Virus record (IMG/VR): IMGVR_UViG_3300028588_000074
Location: 1 to 28,414 of that record
DNA: 28,414 nucleotides
Strand: one strand, 5' to 3'
DNA from: a virus
Taxonomy: Duplodnaviria > Caudoviricetes
This document shows positions 24,019 to 28,414 of the stretch, in pieces. The translations under genes were made by a program, and so were the position numbers. Numbering within the stretch: position 1 is the stretch's first letter; every line of letters starts with the position of its first letter. The notes under the pieces were generated by a model. That model had not been told where the DNA came from and did no database searches. It was given only the letters and a program-made list of their open reading frames with translations.

Positions 24019-27000
24019 AGTTTAGCACCGAAGAGCCTCGTGGCTCTCTTGGTGACGTCGCGAGTGGCTGGACCGTCACGGAGTACGCCACGCCTGAAGT
24101 GGTAAACGAGTCGTCCGGTGGCATCAACGTCGCCAGCGTTTCGGGAAAGCTTCGCGATGACACGATCTTCCTGACGGACAAAACTGTCACGCTGCAACAC
24201 TACAGCGAAGACGACGCGAACATTTCCCTTGGTAAGTTGCGGGGCGACGTCCAGTCTGTCCGCATCTCAGGTGCAACGGCATCGGTGTCTGTAAACAGCA
24301 TCATGGCCAAGTTGTCAGTTGACCGTACTGCAGAAGTGGTGGCCCCGGGTCGCCTGTTCGGCCAGCAGGTTTCTGCCGTTTCTTCACGCGGAGATTTCAA
24401 CGGTTACTACGTGTTCGCTATGCAGGTCACCCGAAGCGGCCTGTACGTCTACGTCATCTCTGGGCCGGACGAGAACAACCCTAACCTTTTGTCCAAGATC
24501 AGCCTGGCAGACGGCAAGCTGGTGTGGAAGCTCACCACAATAGGAAACATGCGCAACAACACCATGGCGGTGTTGGACGACGACAGCGTTGCGTACTATG
24601 GAAGACTCAACACGATTCAGCGCTTCAGCGCATCCGGTGTTGCGCTTGCTTCCATTGCCGTGCCAGCCGTTCCTAACCTTGGCTTTGGTGGCACCATCAA
24701 CACCACCACGCTCTCTGTTGACGAGCTGGGCAACATCGTTCTGGGGCGCAGCAGCTACGCCATTGCATCGGCCACGGCGAATGACTACCAAAGTTACTAC
24801 CGCGTGATCAAATACTCGCCCAGTGGTGCCGTGGTCATGGACACGACCGACAAGATCATCACGCGCAACACTGCCACGCCAGACAACGCCATCTACCAAC
24901 GCCCCCAGCGGCTCTTTGCTATCTCGGGCGAGCGAATGGTTATCTACGGCCCGGTCACCGCAGCCCAGTCTCGCTACCAGCAATGGGCTGTCTACAACGT
25001 TTCTGCTGCCGGTTTGACTTTCATCAAAAACATGAACGTCAGTCAGACCGCAAACGATTACAGCACCGCAGTGGTGAGCAGGCAAGACGCCAGCGGAAGT
25101 TTCGTCGTCGGCGCTTCGCTGATGGACTCTTCGGCTGAGCCGCTTGCTTCGTGGGAAGCTGTGCGCGCTAGTCTTTCTGCGCCGCTTGACAACCCGCAAA
25201 CGCCTGCGCTCTTCATGATGGCAGGGATGACCGCCAACGGGCGCGTGGTGTACGGATCGTACAACTTCCAGTACCCGCTCGTGAGGCCGTACATCATCGA
25301 CAAGATTCAGTTCGACGGCTTGCAGTCGAACCCGCTTCTTTCTGATGCGTTCTCTTACTACTTCGGGCTCGTGTTTCGTTCTGGCATAGAGGGGTACACG
25401 GTGGACTACAAGTCCACCATCAACCCGCCTGTAGTCCTGCGCGGGTGGAAGGGTAACGCATGGGACTACATTTGCCAGCTCTGCGTCGCCTATGGCGTTG
25501 AGATCGTCTTCGTCGACGAAGTTCCTACGGTACGAGACTTGGGCTCCACGTCTCTCGACATCAGCGAGCTTGCGATCTCGCCCTCTTTCTCGCCCACCGT
25601 GGTTGGAAACAGCAAGTCAGTCTCCGTTGCATACCAGCGCGCATCTTTGGTGTCGCAGGACAGCAAGCCGGGCTTCTTCTACTACAACCTGTTCCTCAAT
25701 CCCACCGCCAAGACGAACACGACCTACATGCTCGGCCAGTACGCCGTGGTCGAGCGGCAAAACGGTTACGTCAAAGCTGGCCAAACAAGCTTCCAAGTGC
25801 GCCCTGATGGAGGTAGCGCATCCTCGCACGCTTTTTACGGCTACGAGAGAAACATCTTCTCGGGCGGCATCCCCAACACGGGTGTACCGCGTGCGGGCAT
25901 GTCGGCCAACTCCCCCTACACTATTCGTGCCACACTTCACCTTCCGTCAGCACAGAAGGGTCGTGTTGACCGAGTGAACGCGCGACGCATCATTGTGAGC
26001 GCGAGCAACTCTGTTACCGGTCAGCAAAAGAAGTGGATGAGCGATCAGGCACCTGACGCTGCTGGCAACTACGACATCGTGATGCCGTTCTCTTTCGGTA
26101 GCGAGTTCGACCGCGTGGGAATCTACTTCATGAACGGCAGCGACACCACGCTCGCAAACTGGTACAACATCAGAATCTCGCTGAAAGCTCTTGCCGGGAA
26201 CAACGTTCGAGAGAGCGACTTCTACGATGGAGACTCGCCGGGATGGCGATGGTCTTCCACCAGCGGCCTGTCGATCTCCACCTTGGAGATCCCTGCCACC
26301 GACCCGGACAACGTTCTCTACGACGCGCGCAAAGACGACAACCGTGTGTTCTCTGTCGCAGCTCGCAACCGGGAAGAGTACGAGGTGACGATGGACGCGT
26401 ATCCCATCAGCTTCGCTCAGCCCCTCGTGGCCAACAGCTTGAACGCTCTGCCGGGAAGTTACTTCGTCAGTGCTGCGGACAACCTCCCCGTGCAGGCACT
26501 GCAGTGGCAAGACTACGGTGGCCAGGTGATCGTCTCTAAGGGGACCGAGCCCAACCAACTGAAGGTGCTGCTCATCGGACCGGTCATGGACATTCCTGGC
26601 ACGCCGGGGCCGTACAAGCTGTCAGCTTCGGACGGTAACACGGACTTCGCATTCTTTAGCGTCATCGGCTCTGGCGTGCGCGTCAGCCCGTCGAGCGTCA
26701 CCGTATCTACGGGTGTTGACAGCAGCAAGATCACGCGTGAAGACTCGGGCACGGTTGACAACTTCGCCATCAACACGCAAGAGCAAGCATATGATGCTGC
26801 ATACGGTTTGGCCGACATTGTTGGTTCGCCTAGCGTTGAGCTGACGCTTGACATTCCTACCGCTCGCATTAGTGGGCTGGGGCTTACTCCGGGCGCAGTT
26901 GTCACATACATGGGAGCGAACTACCGAGTTCTTTCTTCTGTCATCAAGAACTTGACCACGTCACTAACGCTGAAGCGTTACACGTTGGTGTCCGACGTGA

Positions 27001-27110
27001 TCAACTACTACGGTGACATCACGGTCGAGGCAGTGACCGCCTCGTGGGATGGGTATACTGGTGAAGACTTCACCCTTATGCCTTTCAAGACTGTGACGGG
27101 AGCAAGCTGA
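24015..27110 (+). CDS. Large minor tail/hub protein with inserted propeller-like and CBM-like domains
   Basis: ATGA overlap at 24015; hub-like GW.GN.WD...QLC....EI; internal NLFLNP...FYDGDS.GW.W CBM-like segment. Confidence 0.8.
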   Translation: MKFSTEEPRGSLGDVASGWTVTEYATPEVVNESSGGINVASVSGKLRDDTIFLTDKTVTLQHYSEDDANISLGKLRGDVQSVRISGATASVSVNSIMAKLSVDRTAEVVAPGRLFGQQVSAVSSRGDFNGYYVFAMQVTRSGLYVYVISGPDENNPNLLSKISLADGKLVWKLTTIGNMRNNTMAVLDDDSVAYYGRLNTIQRFSASGVALASIAVPAVPNLGFGGTINTTTLSVDELGNIVLGRSSYAIASATANDYQSYYRVIKYSPSGAVVMDTTDKIITRNTATPDNAIYQRPQRLFAISGERMVIYGPVTAAQSRYQQWAVYNVSAAGLTFIKNMNVSQTANDYSTAVVSRQDASGSFVVGASLMDSSAEPLASWEAVRASLSAPLDNPQTPALFMMAGMTANGRVVYGSYNFQYPLVRPYIIDKIQFDGLQSNPLLSDAFSYYFGLVFRSGIEGYTVDYKSTINPPVVLRGWKGNAWDYICQLCVAYGVEIVFVDEVPTVRDLGSTSLDISELAISPSFSPTVVGNSKSVSVAYQRASLVSQDSKPGFFYYNLFLNPTAKTNTTYMLGQYAVVERQNGYVKAGQTSFQVRPDGGSASSHAFYGYERNIFSGGIPNTGVPRAGMSANSPYTIRATLHLPSAQKGRVDRVNARRIIVSASNSVTGQQKKWMSDQAPDAAGNYDIVMPFSFGSEFDRVGIYFMNGSDTTLANWYNIRISLKALAGNNVRESDFYDGDSPGWRWSSTSGLSISTLEIPATDPDNVLYDARKDDNRVFSVAARNREEYEVTMDAYPISFAQPLVANSLNALPGSYFVSAADNLPVQALQWQDYGGQVIVSKGTEPNQLKVLLIGPVMDIPGTPGPYKLSASDGNTDFAFFSVIGSGVRVSPSSVTVSTGVDSSKITREDSGTVDNFAINTQEQAYDAAYGLADIVGSPSVELTLDIPTARISGLGLTPGAVVTYMGANYRVLSSVIKNLTTSLTLKRYTLVSDVINYYGDITVEAVTASWDGYTGEDFTLMPFKTVTGAS

Positions 27111-27244
27111 TGGCCTTGAATGGCGAGCGCAACACCGACAAAGAGAATCAAGTTTACTTTCGTGAGCTTGAAACCATCATCGAAGACTTGCAGCGTCGCT
27201 TGACGCAAACTGAGCAAGCCCTTCGTTCGTACAGCAGGAGCTAG
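27110..27244 (+). CDS. 44-aa coiled-coil protein (absent from the ORF track)
   Basis: TGATG overlap; MALNGERNTDKENQVYFRELETIIEDLQRRLTQTEQALRSYSRS; fills the gap to the next gene. Confidence 0.7.
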   Translation: MALNGERNTDKENQVYFRELETIIEDLQRRLTQTEQALRSYSRS

Positions 27245-27247
27245 CTA

Positions 27248-27949
27248 ATGCCCGTCACTCCCATCAGGAAGATTTTCAAGCTCGGGCTTGGAACGAAGTG
27301 GAACCCCGTCGTGGAGTCCACCACTCAGGCCGACAGCATCGAGGAAGCACTGAAGTACGCTCCCGTTGCCGTGGGCTCAGAGTCTGAACGTCTGGCGCTG
27401 TTTAGCAGCTCTCCGTACCAGGGTGCATCCGTTTACCGCCTGGACACGGGAGACACCGAGCGGTACTTCGACACCTACAACGCATCAAGCAACCCCGGTG
27501 GTCGCACCCCTGCAGGTTGGTACTCGGAGAACCAAAAGATCCGCACTGCCAGCTTCACGGCAACAGGCTTGGGAGCAAACAACAACACGCTCTACAAGAT
27601 CACCAACATCATTCCCGTGGCAAGCAAGACGGTAAATAACGACTTCGCCACTATCCCGAGCAACAATGGAATGATCCGCTTGCGAGCGGGCCTTTACTCC
27701 GTCAGCGTCAGCATGCGCATGCGTACCAGCGCGACGGGTCGAACCTTGCTCGAAATCGTAGACGGTGACAATCCCGTCCAAGGCGTCATCACACGTGTCT
27801 CAATTGGCATCGGTGAAGACATGACCACAATGGTCAACGGTAACCTGTACGTCATCGGCCTGCTCAACTTGCAGATCGACTACCTGAAAAACGCAGACGC
27901 TTCAGTTGGAGCGCCGACGTTCAACTTCGACATCACCAAGATTGGATAA
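27248..27949 (+). CDS. Minor tail/receptor-binding protein with C1q-like beta C-terminus
   Basis: V.S..ER.ALF...P.QG..VYRLDTG..ERY N-terminal motif; G.I....GLY.VS jelly-roll pattern; SD CAGGAG. Confidence 0.7.
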   Translation: MPVTPIRKIFKLGLGTKWNPVVESTTQADSIEEALKYAPVAVGSESERLALFSSSPYQGASVYRLDTGDTERYFDTYNASSNPGGRTPAGWYSENQKIRTASFTATGLGANNNTLYKITNIIPVASKTVNNDFATIPSNNGMIRLRAGLYSVSVSMRMRTSATGRTLLEIVDGDNPVQGVITRVSIGIGEDMTTMVNGNLYVIGLLNLQIDYLKNADASVGAPTFNFDITKIG

Positions 27950-27953
27950 CACC

Positions 27954-28322
27954 ATGGCCACCATTAAATCCGACACGACCACCGCAGCGGGTGTCGCTCC
28001 GGCGCTCTCGCAGATCGTCGTCGCCGTCCTCGCCGCCATCGTTCCGGCGCTGTCCGACAACGTTCTCGACGGCCCCGAGGCGATCAACGCCGTCATCATC
28101 GGCCTCGGCGCGATCGGTGTCTGGGGCGTGCCCATCCTCAACGTCCGCTACGGTCGCTGGACCAAGGTCGGCGTCTCTGTGCTGACCGCAGGGCTCGTCG
28201 TCCTGGCCAGCGCCCTGACGGACGGCGTGAGCGCCACGGAGTGGCTGCAGATCATCCTCGCCGGGTTCGGGGCCGTGGGCATCGGTGTCGGCCCCGTGAA
28301 GACCGCACGGCACGCCGCCTGA
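27954..28322 (+). CDS. Holin-like membrane protein (4 TM, internal duplication)
   Basis: Two copies of AL.D......E......G.GA.G; position after tail genes; basic C-terminus. Confidence 0.75.
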   Translation: MATIKSDTTTAAGVAPALSQIVVAVLAAIVPALSDNVLDGPEAINAVIIGLGAIGVWGVPILNVRYGRWTKVGVSVLTAGLVVLASALTDGVSATEWLQIILAGFGAVGIGVGPVKTARHAA

Positions 28323-28324
28323 CC

Positions 28325-28333
28325 TGTTAGGCT
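28325..28333 (+). promoter_or_regulatory. Extended -10 promoter TGtTAGGCT
   Basis: TGn-TAnnnT immediately after the holin stop; no start codon at leaderless distance. Confidence 0.45.
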
Positions 28334-28414
28334 GGCCCGGTAGGTTGGATCGACTGCCGCTGGGTTTTGCGGGACAAGCGGGAGTCGGGTTTGGAGACGA
28401 AGCCCCGAGGCGTT

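Noticed and set aside
1-28414. CRISPR array, tRNA genes, integrase/att site
   Set aside because: No regularly spaced repeats, cloverleafs or recombinase motifs seen; lifestyle cannot be determined from this window.

Overview
A GC-rich tailed-phage (siphovirus) genome segment. Codon bias and gene content suggest an actinobacterial host, probably Micrococcales-like (inference). All credible genes are on the + strand. The window opens with the 3' part of an endolysin. Next is an accessory block (969-5759) of small hypothetical genes, a MazG-like pyrophosphohydrolase, DUF3310, a DnaJ-type zinc-finger mini-protein, a 2H phosphodiesterase with Acb1-like motifs and a NUMOD4-HNH endonuclease. A complete virion module follows: TerS, TerL, portal, protease/scaffold, DUF2190 cement, major capsid, a 742-aa fibre-like protein, head-tail connectors, a HeH/SAP mini-protein, tail tube, frameshifted chaperones, a 1486-aa tape measure and minor tails, then a holin. 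I saw no integrase, replication genes, tRNA or CRISPR array. The most unusual signals are non-coding. Structured, promoter/terminator-bounded small-RNA-like cassettes sit either side of the terminase genes (5770-5848 and 8067-8285). An identical bulged helix with swapped arms brackets the head operon. Late genes repeatedly use leaderless-type promoters. Several 6-bp palindromes appear strongly avoided. All calls are by eye; no searches or folding programs were run.
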